A stretch of DNA of 64,000 nt. Source: Squalus acanthias. Lineage: Eukaryota. This document shows, piece after piece, positions 20,701 through 32,914 of this stretch. Made by a program: the position numbers and the translations under genes. The notes below the pieces were generated by a model, which saw only the letters and a program-made list of their open reading frames with translations, did no database searches and had not been told where the DNA came from. The stretch lies in assembly GCA_030390025.1 (NCBI GenBank), contig JASTWF010000324.1, forward strand, positions 1 to 64,000, in the 5' to 3' direction. Each line of letters starts with the position of its first letter. Position 1 is the stretch's first letter.

Positions 20701-23700
20701 AGTCAGTGCTGGGACGCTCAGTCTTGTTACGCTCACACAGTCAGTGCTGGGACACTCAGTCCTGTTACACATACAGTCAGTGCTGGGACACACAGTCCTG
20801 TTATACACACAGTCAGTGCTGGGACACTCAGTACTGTTATACACACACAGTCAGTGCTTGGACACTCAGTCCTGTTATACACACACAGTCAGTGCTGGGA
20901 CACTCAGTCCTGTTACACACACAGTCAGTGCTGGGACTCTCAGTCCTGTTACACACACAGTCAGTGCTGAGACACTCAGTCCTGTTACACACACAGTCAA
21001 TGCTGGGACACTCAGTCCTGTTACACACACAGTCAGTGCTGGGACACTCAGTCCTGTTACACACACAGTCAGTGCTGGGACACTCAGTCCTGTTACACAC
21101 ACAGTCAGTGTTGGGACACTCAGTCCTGTTACACACACAGTCAGTGCTGGGACACTCAGTCCTGTTACACACACAGTCAGTGCTGGGACACTCAGTCCTG
21201 TTACACTCACACAGTCAGTGCTGGGACACTCAGTCCTGTTACACATGCAGTCAGTGCTGGGACACACTGTCCTGTTATACACACAGTCAGTGCTGGGACA
21301 CTCAGTCCTGTTATACACACAGTCAGTGCTGGGACACTCAGTCCTGTTACACACACAGTCAGTGCTGGGACTCTCAGTCCTGTTACACAAACAGTCAGTG
21401 CTGGGACACTCAGTCCTGTTACACACACACAGGCAGTGCTGGGACACTCAGTCCTGTTACACACAGTCAGTGCTGGGACACTCAGTCCTGTTACACACAC
21501 AGTCAGTGCTGGGACACTCAGTCCTGTTATACACACATGTCAGTGCTGGGACACTCAGTCCTGTTACACACACAGTGAGTGCTGGGACACTCAGTCCTGT
21601 TACACACAGTCAGTGCTGGGACACTCAGTCCTGTTACACACACAGTCAGTGCTGGGACTCTCAGTCCTGTTATACACACACAGTCAGTGCTGGGACACTC
21701 AGTCCTGTTACACACAGAGTCATTGCTGGGACACTCAGTCCTGTTATACACACAGTCAGTGCTGGGACACTCAGTCCTGTTACACACAAAGTCAGTGCTG
21801 GGACTCTCAGTCCTGTTACACACACAGTCAGTGCTGGGACACTCAGTCCTGTTACACACAGTCAGTGCTGGGACACTCAGTCCTGTTACACACACAGTCA
21901 GTGCTGGGACACTCAGTCCTGTTACACACAGTCAGTGCTGGGACACTCAGTCCTGTTACACACACAGTCAGTGCTGGGACACTCAGTCCTGTTACACACA
22001 GTCAGTGCTGGGACACTCAGTCCTGTTACACACACAGTCAGTGCTGGGACACTCAGTCCTGTTACACACAGTCAGTGCTGGGACACTCAGTCCTGTTACA
22101 CACACAGTCAGTGCTGGGACACTCAGTCCTGTTACACACACAGTCAGTGCTGGGACACTCAGTCCTGTTACACACACACAGTCAGTGCTGGGACACTCAG
22201 TCCTGTTACACACACATTTAGTGCTGGGACACTCAGTCCTGTTGCACACAGTCAGTGCTGGGACACTCAGTCCTGTTACACTCACACAGTCAGTGCTGGG
22301 ACACTCAGTCCTGTTACACACACACAGTCAGTGCTGGGACGCTCAGTCTTGTTACGCTCACACAGTCAGTGCTGGGACACTCAGTCCTGTTACACATACA
22401 GTCAGTGCTGGGACACACAGTCCTGTTATACACACAGTCAGTGCTGGGACACTCAGTACTGTTATACACACACAGTCAGTGCTTGGACACTCAGTCCTGT
22501 TATACACACACAGTCAGTGCTGGGACACTCAGTCCTGTTACACACACAGTCAGTGCTGGGTCTCTCAGTCCTGTTACACACACAGTCAGTGCTGAGACAC
22601 TCAGTCCTGTTACACACACAGTCAATGCTGGGACACTCAGTCCTGTTACACACACAGTCAGTGCTGGGACACTCAGTCCTGTTGCACACACAGTCAGTGC
22701 TGGGACACTCAGTCCTGTTAGACACACAGTCAGTGCTGGGACACTCAGTCCTGTTACACACACAGTCAGTGCTGGGACTCTCAGTCCTGTTACACACACA
22801 GTCAGTGCTGAGACACTCAGTCCTGTTACACACACAGTCAGTGCTGGGACACTCAGTCCTGTTATACACACAGTCAGTGCTGGGACACTCAGTCCTGTTA
22901 CACACACAGTCAGTGCTGGGACACTCAGTCCTGTTACACACACACAGTCAGTGCTGGGACACTCAGTCTTGTTACACATACAGTCAGTGCTGGGACACTC
23001 AGTCCTGTTATAAACACAGTCAGTGCTGGGACACTCAGTCCTGTTATACACACAGTCAGTGCTGGGACACTCAGTCCTGTTACACACACAGTCAGTGCTG
23101 GGACACTCAGTCCTGTTACGCTCACACAGTCAGTGCTGGGACACTCAGTCCTGTTACACATACAGTCAGTGCTGGGACACACAGTCCGGTTATACACACA
23201 GTCAGTGCTGGGACACTCAGTCCTGTTATACACACACAGTCAGTGCTTGGACACTCATTCCTGTTATACACACACAGTCAGTGCTGGGACACTCAGTCCT
23301 GTTACACACACAGTCAGTGCTGGGACTCTCAGTCCTGTTACACACACAGTCAGTGCTGAGACACTCAGTCCTGTTACACACACAGTCAGTGCTGGGATAC
23401 TCAGTCCTGTTATACACACAGTCAGTGCTGGGACACTCAGTCCTGTTACACAAACAGTCAGTGCTGGGACACTCAGTCCTGTTACACACACAGTCAGTGC
23501 TGGGACACTCAGTCCTGTTATACACACATGTCAGTGCTGGGACACTCAGTCCTGTTGCACACACAGTGAGTGCTGGGACACTCAGTCCTGTTACACACAC
23601 AGTCAGTGCTGGGACTCTCAGTCCTGTTATACACACACAGTCAGTGCTGGGACACTCAGTCCTGTTACACACAGAGTCATTGCTGGGACACTCAGTCCTG

Positions 23701-26590
23701 TTACACACACAGTCAGTGCTGGGACTCTCAGTCCTGTTACACACAGTCAGTGCTGGGACACTCAGTCCTGTTATACACACAGTCAGTGCTGGGACACTCA
23801 GTCCTGTTACACACACAGTCAGTGCTGGGACACTCAGTCCTGTTACACTCACACAGTCAGTGCTGGGACACTCAGTCCTGTTACACACACACAGTCAGTG
23901 CTGGGACACTCAGTCCTGTTACGCTCACACAGTCAGTGCTGGGACACTCAGTCCTGTTACACATACAGTCAGTGCTGGGACACACAGTCCTGTTATACAC
24001 ACAGTAAGTGCTGGGACACTCAGTACTGTTATACACACACAGTCAGTGCTTGGACACTCAGTGCTGTTATACACACAGTCAGTGCTGGGACTCTCAGTCC
24101 TGTTACACACACAGTCAGTGCTGAGACACTCAGTCCTGTTACACACACAGTCAGTGCTGGGACACTCAGTCCTGTTATACACACAGTCAGTGCTGGGACA
24201 CTCAGTACTGTTATACACACACAGTCAGTGCTGGGACACTCAGTCCTGTTACACACACAGTCAGTGCTGGGACTCTCAGTCCTGTTACACACACAGTCAG
24301 TGCTGAGACACTCAGTCCTGTTACACACACAGTCAGTGCTGGGACACTCAGTCCTGTTATACACACAGTCAGTGCTGGGACACTCAGTCCTGTTACACAC
24401 ACAGTCAGTGCTGGGACTCTCAGTCCTGTTACACACACAGTCAGTGCTGGGACACTCAGTCCTGTTACACACACAGTCAGTGCTGGGACACTCAGTCCTG
24501 TTACACACACACAGTCAGTGCTGGGACACTCAGTCCTGTTACACATACAGTCAGTGCTGGGACACACTGTCCTGTTATACACACAGTCAGTGCTGGGACA
24601 CTCAGTCCTGTTATACACACACAGTCAGTGCTTGGACACTCAGTGCTGCAATACACACACAGTCAGTGCTGGGACACTCAGTCCTGTTACACACACAGTC
24701 AGTGCTGGGACTCTCAGTCCTGTTACACACACAGTCAGTGCTGAGACACTCAGTCCTGTTACACACACAGTCAGTGCTGGGACACTCAGTCCTGTTATAC
24801 ACACAGTCAGTGCTGGGACACTCAGTCCTGTTACACATACAGTCAGTGCTGGGACACTCAGTTCTGTTGCACTCACACAGTCAGTGCTGGGACACTCAGT
24901 CCTGTTACACACACAGTCAGTGCTGGGACACTCAGTCCTGTTACGCTCACACAGTCAGTGCTGGGACACTCAGTCCTGTTACACACACACAGTCAGTGTT
25001 GGGACACTCAGTCCTGTTACACACACAATCAGTGCTGGGACACTCAGTCCTGTTACACACAGGCAGTGCTGGGACACTCAGTCCTGTTACATACACACAG
25101 TCAGTGCTGGGACACTCAGTCCTGTTACACACACAGTCAGTGCTGGGACACTCAGTCCTGTTACACACACAGTCAGTGCTGGGACACTCAGTCCTGTTAC
25201 ACACACACAGTCAGTGCTGGGACACTCAATCCTGTTACACACACAGTCAGTGCTGGGACACTCAGTCCTGTTACACACACACAGTCAGTGCTGGGACACT
25301 CAGTCCTGTTACACATACAGTCAGTGCTGGGACACACTGTCCTGTTATACACACAGTCAGTGCTGGGACACTCAGTCCTGTTATACACACACAGTCAGTG
25401 CTTGGACACTCAGTGCTGCAATACACACACAGTCAGTGCTGGGACACTCAGTCCTGTTACACACACAGTCAGTGCTGGGACTCTCAGTCCTGTTACACAC
25501 ACAGTCAGTGCAGAGACACTCAGTCCTGTTACACACACAGTCAGTGCTGGGACACTCAGTCCTGTTATACACACAGTCAGTGCTGGGACACTCAGTCCTG
25601 TTACACATACAGTCAGTGCTGGGACACTCAGTCCTGTTGCACTCACACAGTCAGTGCTGGGACACTCAGTCCTGTTACACACACACAGTCAGTGCTGGGA
25701 CACTCAGTCCTGTTACACACACAGTCAGTGCTGGGACACTCAGTCCTGTTATACACACACAGTCAGTGCTGGGACACTCAGTCCTGTTACGCTCACACAG
25801 TCAGTGCTGGGACACTCAGTCCTGTTACACACACAGTCAGTGCTGGGACTCTCAGTCCTGTTACACACACAGTCAGTGCTGAGACACTCAGTCCTGTTAC
25901 ACACACAGTCAGTGCTGGGACACTCAGTCCTGTTACACACACACAGTCAGTGTTGGGACACTCAGTCCTGTTACACACACAATCAGTGCTGGGACACTCA
26001 GTCCTGTTACACACAGGCAGTGCTGGGACACTCAGTCCTGTTACATACACACAGTCAGTGCTGGGACACTCAGTCCTGTTACACACACAGTCAGTGCTGG
26101 GACACTCAGTCCTGTTACACACACAGTCAGTGCTGGGACACTCAGTCCTGTTACACACACACAGTCAGTGCTGGGACACTCAATCCTGTTACACACACAG
26201 TCAGTGCTGGGACACTCAGTCCTGTTACACACACACAGTCAGTGCTGGGACACTCAGTCCTGTTACACACACAGTCAGTGCTGGGACACTCAGTCCTGTT
26301 ATACACACAGTCAGTGCTGGGACACTCAGTCCTGTTACACACACAGTCAGTGCTGGGACACTCAGTCCTGTTACACACACACAGTCAGTGCTGGGACACT
26401 CAGTCCTGTTACACATACAGTCAGTGCTGGGACACTCAGTCCTGTTACACACACACAGTCAGTGCTGGGACACTCAGTCCTGTTACACACACAGTCAGTG
26501 CTGGGACACTCAGTCCTGTTACACACAGTCAGTGCTGGGACACTCAGTCCTGTTACACACACAGTCAGTGCTGGGACACTCAGTCCTGTT
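14724..26590. repeat. ~36-bp minisatellite, continuation (~11.9 kb) with higher-order blocks
   Basis: Same unit as 4415-10303; rare variants recur in conserved order. Confidence 0.98.
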
Positions 26591-26790
26591 CGTTATTCTT
26601 CAACCAACATCACTAAAATAGATTAATTCGGCCATCGTCACATTGCTGTTGTGGGAGCTTGCTGTGTATAAATTGGGTGCCGGTTTTCTTACATTACAAC
26701 AGTGACCACACTTCATAAAGTGAAGCATTGGTTGTGAAACGATTTGGGCGTCCTGAGGTCGTGAAAGGTGCTATAGAAATGCAAGTTCTG
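26591..26790 (+). mobile_element. 3' part of a SINE (same family as 52134-52590)
   Basis: Aligns by eye with 52395-52590 (caacatcactaaaa...ggtgctatagaaatgcaag). Confidence 0.8.
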
Positions 26791-27614
26791 TTTTCTCTTG
26801 AAGGGCGCGAGATGCATCTTAAAGGTTTGTTTTGGAACTGCGATAAATCGAGAAGGTGAGCCGCCCCGAGTCGGGGCGGGGCCGCGGAGATTGGCAGGCT
26901 GGTGCCAAACCCCCGGTGCCAGTCAGATTGGCTTTGTGAAAACCACAAAGGTGTTGTGACGGGGTGATCGATATGTCTTGTTCTGGATGAAGCCGCAGCG
27001 GGGGGGCGGGGGGCGGGGGGGCAGAATTGTGATGTCAGGCGCCCAACAACAACAGCAAAAGAAACTCCAGACTCGGCTTCTTCTGAAATAGACAGCTGGG
27101 TGAGAGGGGCAGGCTTTGTGGAAGGAAGGGAGAGAGAGGGGGAAAGAAAAGCAAAAATACCAAATGCAAATGCATGGATTCGGAGGCTGGCGAGTGCCTT
27201 CGCTTTGCTAATCTTTCCTCTGGGACCACACTGCTGTTGTAATCCAATTATACCAGCATAAGCAATTTGTTAGACACTGTACATAATGTAGCAATTTCCC
27301 AATAAGCTCAGACTTGTAATAACAGCAGCAAGCTCTTGCATAAATCTGCCTGAATCAAGGGGGCTTTGAGACAAGCGACTGGGGGCCGGGAACCGATGGC
27401 ATCAGCAGTTTCTCAGCTGGTTGTGTTGTGAACCTTAAATCCGCACGAGCAGCAGCTCCCGCCTGCTTATGTTTCTGGGATTGATTCCGGGCCTCTCCGG
27501 CTGGAGAAACCCGCAACATTCTGCCATTGTTGGGTCAGTCGGTTCCCCATCCAGCACGTTCCTGTTATAATGACAGACTCCTGACTCGCTGCTCCCGCGT
27601 GGGGAGAACAATCC

Positions 27615-28318
27615 AGGCATTTCTGCAGCGCCTTTCACAGCCTCAGGACGTCCCAAAGCCCTTTACAGCCAAGGAAGTATTTTTGAAGTGTAGTCACTGT
27701 TGTAATGTAGGAAACACAGCAGCCAATTTGTGCACAGCAAGATCCCACAAGCAGCAATTAGATAAATAACCAGATCATCTGTTTTAGTGATGTTGGTTGA
27801 GGGATAAATATTGGCCCCAGGACACTGGGGAGAACTCCCCTGCTCTTCTTTGAAATGGGTTCTTTTACATCCACCTGAGAAAGCAGACAGGGCCTCGCTT
27901 TAATGGCTCATCTGAAAGACGGCACCTCCGACAGTGCGGCACTCCCTCAGTACTGCCCCTCCGACAATGCAGCGCTCCCTCAGTACTGCCCCTCTGACAG
28001 TGCGGCGCTCCCTCAGTACTGCCCCTCTGACAGTGCGGCGCTCCCTCAGTACTGCCCCTCCGACAGTGCAGCGCTCCCTCAGTACTGCCCCTCCGACAGT
28101 GCGGCGCTCCCTCAGTACTGCCCCTCCGACAGTGCAGCGCTCCCTCAGTACTGCCCCTCCGACAGTGCAGCGCTCCCTCAGTACTGCCCCTCCGACAGTG
28201 CAGCGCTCCCTCAGTACTGCACTGGAGTGTCAGCCTAGATTTTGTGCTCAGGTCTCTGGAGTGGGGCTTGAACCCACGACCTCCTGACTCAGGGACGAGA
28301 GTTCTACCCACTGAGCCG
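27615..28318 (-). mobile_element. tRNA-derived SINE with internal 33-bp tandem expansion
   Basis: Reverse-strand tRNA-like head with A/B boxes (GGCTCAGTGG, GGTTCAAGCC) at ~28265-28318; body and tail match 52134-52590. Confidence 0.85.
27926..28220. repeat. 33-bp minisatellite (~9 copies) CCCTCAGTACTGCCCCTCCGACAGTGCRGCGCT inside the SINE
   Basis: Visible tandem units; the ORF track shows 11-aa periodicity. Confidence 0.95.
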
Positions 28319-28682
28319 AGTTGACAGCTTTATTCCAGGGGTCAGGAATTCAAGAACTGAGGCAAGATATGGCAGGAGCAGGAGACATGGCAAGAATCCT
28401 CACCCGCGACTAGAATGCAACAACGGGCGCTCCCAAACCGGAGCTGTTGCCGCTTGCTCAGCTTTAGGAGCCTCCATTAGCAGCTGCATCATGCTCCTCA
28501 ATCCAGTCGGAACCAGAGCGAACGGCTCAAGGTCATGAGCAACCCTTCAACAATGTCACCTATCTGTTCGCCATTAACATATTGTGCTGAAACTCCGCCC
28601 AGCTCCTGGCGGGAGCCTCTGTGCCAATTCAAATGGCCGCCTCAGTCACAGGATACCGCTGGCCTTGGACTCCGCCCCCTGT

Positions 28683-30591
28683 CAACAACAACAACTACCT
28701 GCATTTATATAGCGTCTTCCATCCCAAAGCACTTCACAGCAGCATTATCAAATAAAATTTGACACCGAGCCACATGAGGAGATATTAGGACAGGTGAGCA
28801 AAAGCTTGGCCAAAGAGATTTTAAGGAGCGTCTTCAGGAGAGAGGTGGAGATTTGGGAAGGGAATTTCAGAGCTTAGGGCCCAGGCAGCTGAGGCACGGC
28901 CACCAATGGTGGAGCGATTAAAATTGGGGATGCGCAAGAGGCCAGAATTGGAGAAGCGCAGAGATCTCGGAGGGTTGTAGGGCTGGAGGAGGTTACAGAG
29001 ATCGCGGAGGGTTGCGGGGCTGGAGGAGGTTACAGAGATCGGGGAGGGTTGCGGGGCTGGAGGAGGTTACAGAGATCGTGGAGGGTTGCGGGGCTGGAGG
29101 AGGTTACAGAGATCGCGGAGGGTTGCGGGGCTGGAGGAGGTTACAGAGATCTCGGAGGGTTGTGGGGCTGGAGGAGGTTACAAAGATCGCGGAGGGTTGT
29201 TGGGCTGGAGGAGGTTACAGAGATCGCGGAGGGTTGTTGGGCTGGAGGAGGTTACAGAGATCGCGGAGGGTTGCAGGGCTGGAGGAGGTTACAGAGATCT
29301 CGGAGGGTTGTGGGGCTGGAGGAGGTTACAGAGATCTCGGAGGGTTGTGGGGCTGGAGGAGGTTACAGAGATCTCGGAGGGTTGCAGGGCTGGAGGAGGT
29401 TACAGAGATCGCGGAGGGTTGTTGGGCTGGAGGAGGTTACAGAGATCGCGGAGGGTTGCAGGGCTGGAGGAGGTTACAGAGATCTCGGAGGGTTGTGGGG
29501 CTGGAGGGGGTTACAGAGATCTCGGAGGGTTGTGGGGCTGGAGGAGGTTACAGAGATCTCGGAGGGTTGCAGGGCTGGAGGAGGTTACAGAGATCGCGGA
29601 GGGTTGCAGGGCTGGAGGAGGTTACAGAGATCGCGGAGGGTTGCAGGGCTGGAGGAGGTTACAGAGATCTCGGAGGGTTGTGGGGCTGGAGGGGGTTACA
29701 GAGATCTCGGAGGGTTGTGGGGCTGGAGGAGGTTACAGAGATCTCGGAGGGTTGCAGGGCTGGAGGAGGTTACAGAGATCGCGGAGGGTTGCAGGGCTGG
29801 AGGAGGTTACAGAGATCGCGGAGGGTTTTGGGGCTGGAGGAGGTTACAGAGATCTCGGAGGGTTGTGGGGCTGGAGGAGGTTACAGAGATCTCGGAGGGT
29901 TGCAGGGCTGGAGGAGGTTACAGAGATCGCGGAGGGTTGTTGGGCTGGAGGAGGTTACAGAGATCGCGGAGGGTTGCAGGGCTGGAGGAGGTTACAGAGA
30001 TCGCGGAGGGTTGTTGGGCTGGAGGAGGTTACAGAGATCGCGGAGGGTTGCAGGGCTGGAGGAGGTTACAGAGATCGCGGAGGGTTGTTGGGCTGGAGGA
30101 GGTTACAGAGATCGCGGAGGGTTGTAGGGCTGGAGGAGGTTACAGAGATCGCGGAGGGTTGTTGGGCTGGAGGAGGTTACAGAGATCTCGGAGGGTTGTG
30201 GGGCTGGAGGAGGTTACAGTGATCTCGGAGGGTTGTTGGGCTGGAGGAGGTTACAGAGATCGCGGAGTGTTGTTGGGCTGGAGGAGGTTACAGTGATCTC
30301 GGAGGGTTGTTGGGCTGGAGGAGGTTACAGAGATCGCGGAGGGTTGTTGGGCTGGAGGAGGTTACAGTGATCTCGGAGGGTTGTTGGGCTGGAGGAGGTT
30401 ACAGAGATCTCGGAGGGTTGTAGGGCTGGAGGAGGTTACAGTGATCTCGGAGGGTTGTAGGGCTGGAGGAGGTTACAGTGATCTCGGAGGGTTGTAGGGC
30501 TGGAGGAGGTTACAGAGATTGCGGAGGGTTGTAGGGCTAGAGGAGGTTACAGAGATCTCGGAGGGTTGTGGGGCTGGAGGAGGTTACAGAG
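28683..30591 (-). mobile_element. L2-type LINE 3' fragment whose interior is expanded into a 37-bp array
   Basis: 28683-28990 aligns with 51510-51830; (CAA)n tail plus tgcatttatatagcg end; the minus-strand translation of the 51.5-kb relative (LKILILVFKSLHGLAP...GGRAFS..GPELWNSLP) is L2-like. Confidence 0.75.
28959..30591. repeat. 37-bp minisatellite (~44 copies) GGAGGGTTGYRGGGCTGGAGGAGGTTACAGAGATCKC
   Basis: Visible tandem units with 37-bp period. Confidence 0.97.
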
Positions 30592-30949
30592 GCGACTGAG
30601 CCACAGCTGGCAGTTCGGAAGGTCCAGGTTCAGTTTTGTTAACTGTTCTCAGTCAGGAGAACTTCAATGAGCCTCACCACACCTGAGCTGAGCGGCAAAA
30701 ATCCGCCATGGATCCCGTCCCTCTCTGTGCTGTCACCCCACTGATACGACCGTAACATCGCTGGACGTGTGGCGTGTGAAAGGGAGGGACGAGGCTAAGG
30801 AGGGATTTGAAAATAAGGAGAGGAATCTCCAGTTGAGGTGTTGCCAGACCGTTTCCTGCTCCCTCACCCTCCACATCCATTGATGGAGAATCACGGAGAG
30901 AGAAATCGGCCCCAATATATCTCAGACGTTCAGTTCCTTCGTGTCTGCT

Positions 30950-31360
30950 TGACTCTATTGGTACCGCTCTCGGCTCTGTGTCAGAAGTCCGTGTGTTTAC
31001 GCCCCACTCCAGGACGACAACAACAACAACAACATGTAGTTATATAGCGTCTGTAACGCTGTAAAACGTCCCAAGGACCTCAGCACATAATCCAGGCGGC
31101 ACAGTACCGAGGGCGTGCTGCATTGCTGGAGGTAGCATCCCTCAGAGGAGACATTAAACCGCTGTCTGCCTGTTCCACTAACTCACTATCCCTTGGTGCT
31201 ATTTGAGGATGAGGAAGGAGTTCTCCCGGCAACACCTCTCCCTCAACCGATTGCCAAAAAAAACCACAAATGCAGCCTGTGGGTTCTTGCTGTGTGCAAA
31301 ATGGCAACTGCAGCTGCCAAGACTGCAGCGCGACGTCACTGACAGCGCGTGAGGTGCTTT
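30950..31360 (+). mobile_element. Degraded SINE relic, interrupted by a short reverse-oriented SINE/L2 tail (~31015-31080)
   Basis: Patchy similarity to 52134-52590; (CAA)n and tatatagcg tail motif. Confidence 0.45.
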
Positions 31361-31984
31361 TTATATCTCCCTCAGTCGTGATAAGGTGCTGACTGTCCAA
31401 GGACAAGTCTTTCATTCATAGTTGGGTAACTGATCGATAATTACATGAGAAATATTCTGATAATAATCCGAGTCTGCTCGTCAAGCCCAGCGTGCTGGAA
31501 CCCGAGTGAGCTTCCCCGCCCACACCTGTCACTCCGCACTCTCTGCATCACTCCTGCTCTCCCACATCCTCCTCCTCACTGCCGGACACCGAGCTGTTTT
31601 TGTGCCCTTTCTTGCGGAAATATCTCCCACAATCACCTTGCCTGTTAACCCACCTGCTTCTGAAAACCCTCCTTTGACCAAGCCTTTGGTCGCCCTTCTC
31701 CAATTTACTGATAACACCAATCTTTCTCCTGTTTGGGACATGCCCTTCACACAAGGAGTGCGAAACAATACAAGGCTCGTCGGTACACAGAGGCTGCAGA
31801 GTAATGAGTGCCAAACCACAGTGAGAACCTTATCAACACTGCGGTTACAGCAGCACTGTTACAGTATCAGTGTATGCCCAGAGTGGGTTCTGGTATGGCC
31901 CTACCATGCCAGTGAAGTGCAATTGTGAATCTGTAAAAGCCTTGTGCACATGCTCTGTGAGAAACTCCAAGCTGCATAGCCAGG

Positions 31985-32778
31985 ACAGTGCAGAGGGAGC
32001 TTTACTCTGTATCTAACCCGTGCTGTACCTGCCCTGGGAGTGTTTGATGGGACAGTGTAGAGGGAGCTTTACTCTGTATCTAACCCGTGCTATACCTGCC
32101 CTGGGAGTGTTTGATGGGACAGTGTAGAGGGAGCTTTACACTGTATCTAACCCGTGCTGTACCTGCCCTGGGAGAGTTTGATGGGACAGTGTAGAGGGAG
32201 CTTTACTCTGTATCTAAATCGTGCTGTACCTGCCCTGGGAGTGTTTGATGGGACAGTGTAGAGGGAGCTTCACTCTGTATCTAACCCGTGCTGTACCTGT
32301 CCTGGGGGTGTTTGATGGGACAGTGTAGAGGGAGTTTTACTCTGTATCTAACCCGTGCTGTACCTGTCCTGGGGGTGTTTGATCGGACAGTGTAGAGGGA
32401 GCTTTACTCTGTATCTAACCCGTGCTGTACCTGCCCTGGGAGTGTTTGATGGGGCAGTGTAGAGGGAGCTTTACTCTGTATCTACCCGTGCTGTACCTGT
32501 CCTGGGGGTGTTTGATGGGACAGTGTTGAGGGAGCTTTACTCTGTATCTACCCGTGCTGTACCTGTCCTGGGGGTGTTTGATGGGACAGTGTAGAGGGAG
32601 CTTTACTCTGTATCTAACCCGTGCTGTACCTGCCCTGGGGGTGTTTGATGGGACAGTGTAGAGGGAGCTTTACTCTGTATCTAACCCGTGCTGTACCTGT
32701 CCTGGGGGTATTTGATGTGACAGTGTAGAGGGAGCTTTACTCTGTATCTAACCCGTGCTGTACCTGTCCTGGGAGTGT
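31985..32778 (+). repeat. 67-bp satellite AGAGGGAGCTTTACTCTGTATCTAACCCGTGCTGTACCTGCCCTGGGAGTGTTTGATGGGACAGTGT (~12 copies)
   Basis: Visible tandem units with period 67. Confidence 0.97.
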
Positions 32779-32914
32779 GAGTGTGGATGTAGGGTGAGGA
32801 CAGAAGCGAGCTGTGTTATAACGCCCGCCACCCCCACAGTCAAATAACTAGTTGACCCTCAGTGCGTTGTTCCCAGATACAGAAGAGTTACTTGGGGTGA
32901 TATTCAGGAGTGCA

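Noticed and set aside
4415..26590. CRISPR-like appearance of ~36-bp repeats beside an RT/integrase gene
   Set aside because: Units are head-to-tail with no unique spacers, there are no cas genes, and the context is eukaryotic. The element is inserted into the array (TSD and empty sites), not producing it.
4345..26626. Long ORFs (up to 1354 aa; HTVSAGTLSPV / HSQCWDTQSCY / TQSVLGHSVLL) in the 36-bp array
   Set aside because: The unit lacks stop codons in several frames and CA-tract indels constantly shift frame. These are translation artefacts, not genes.
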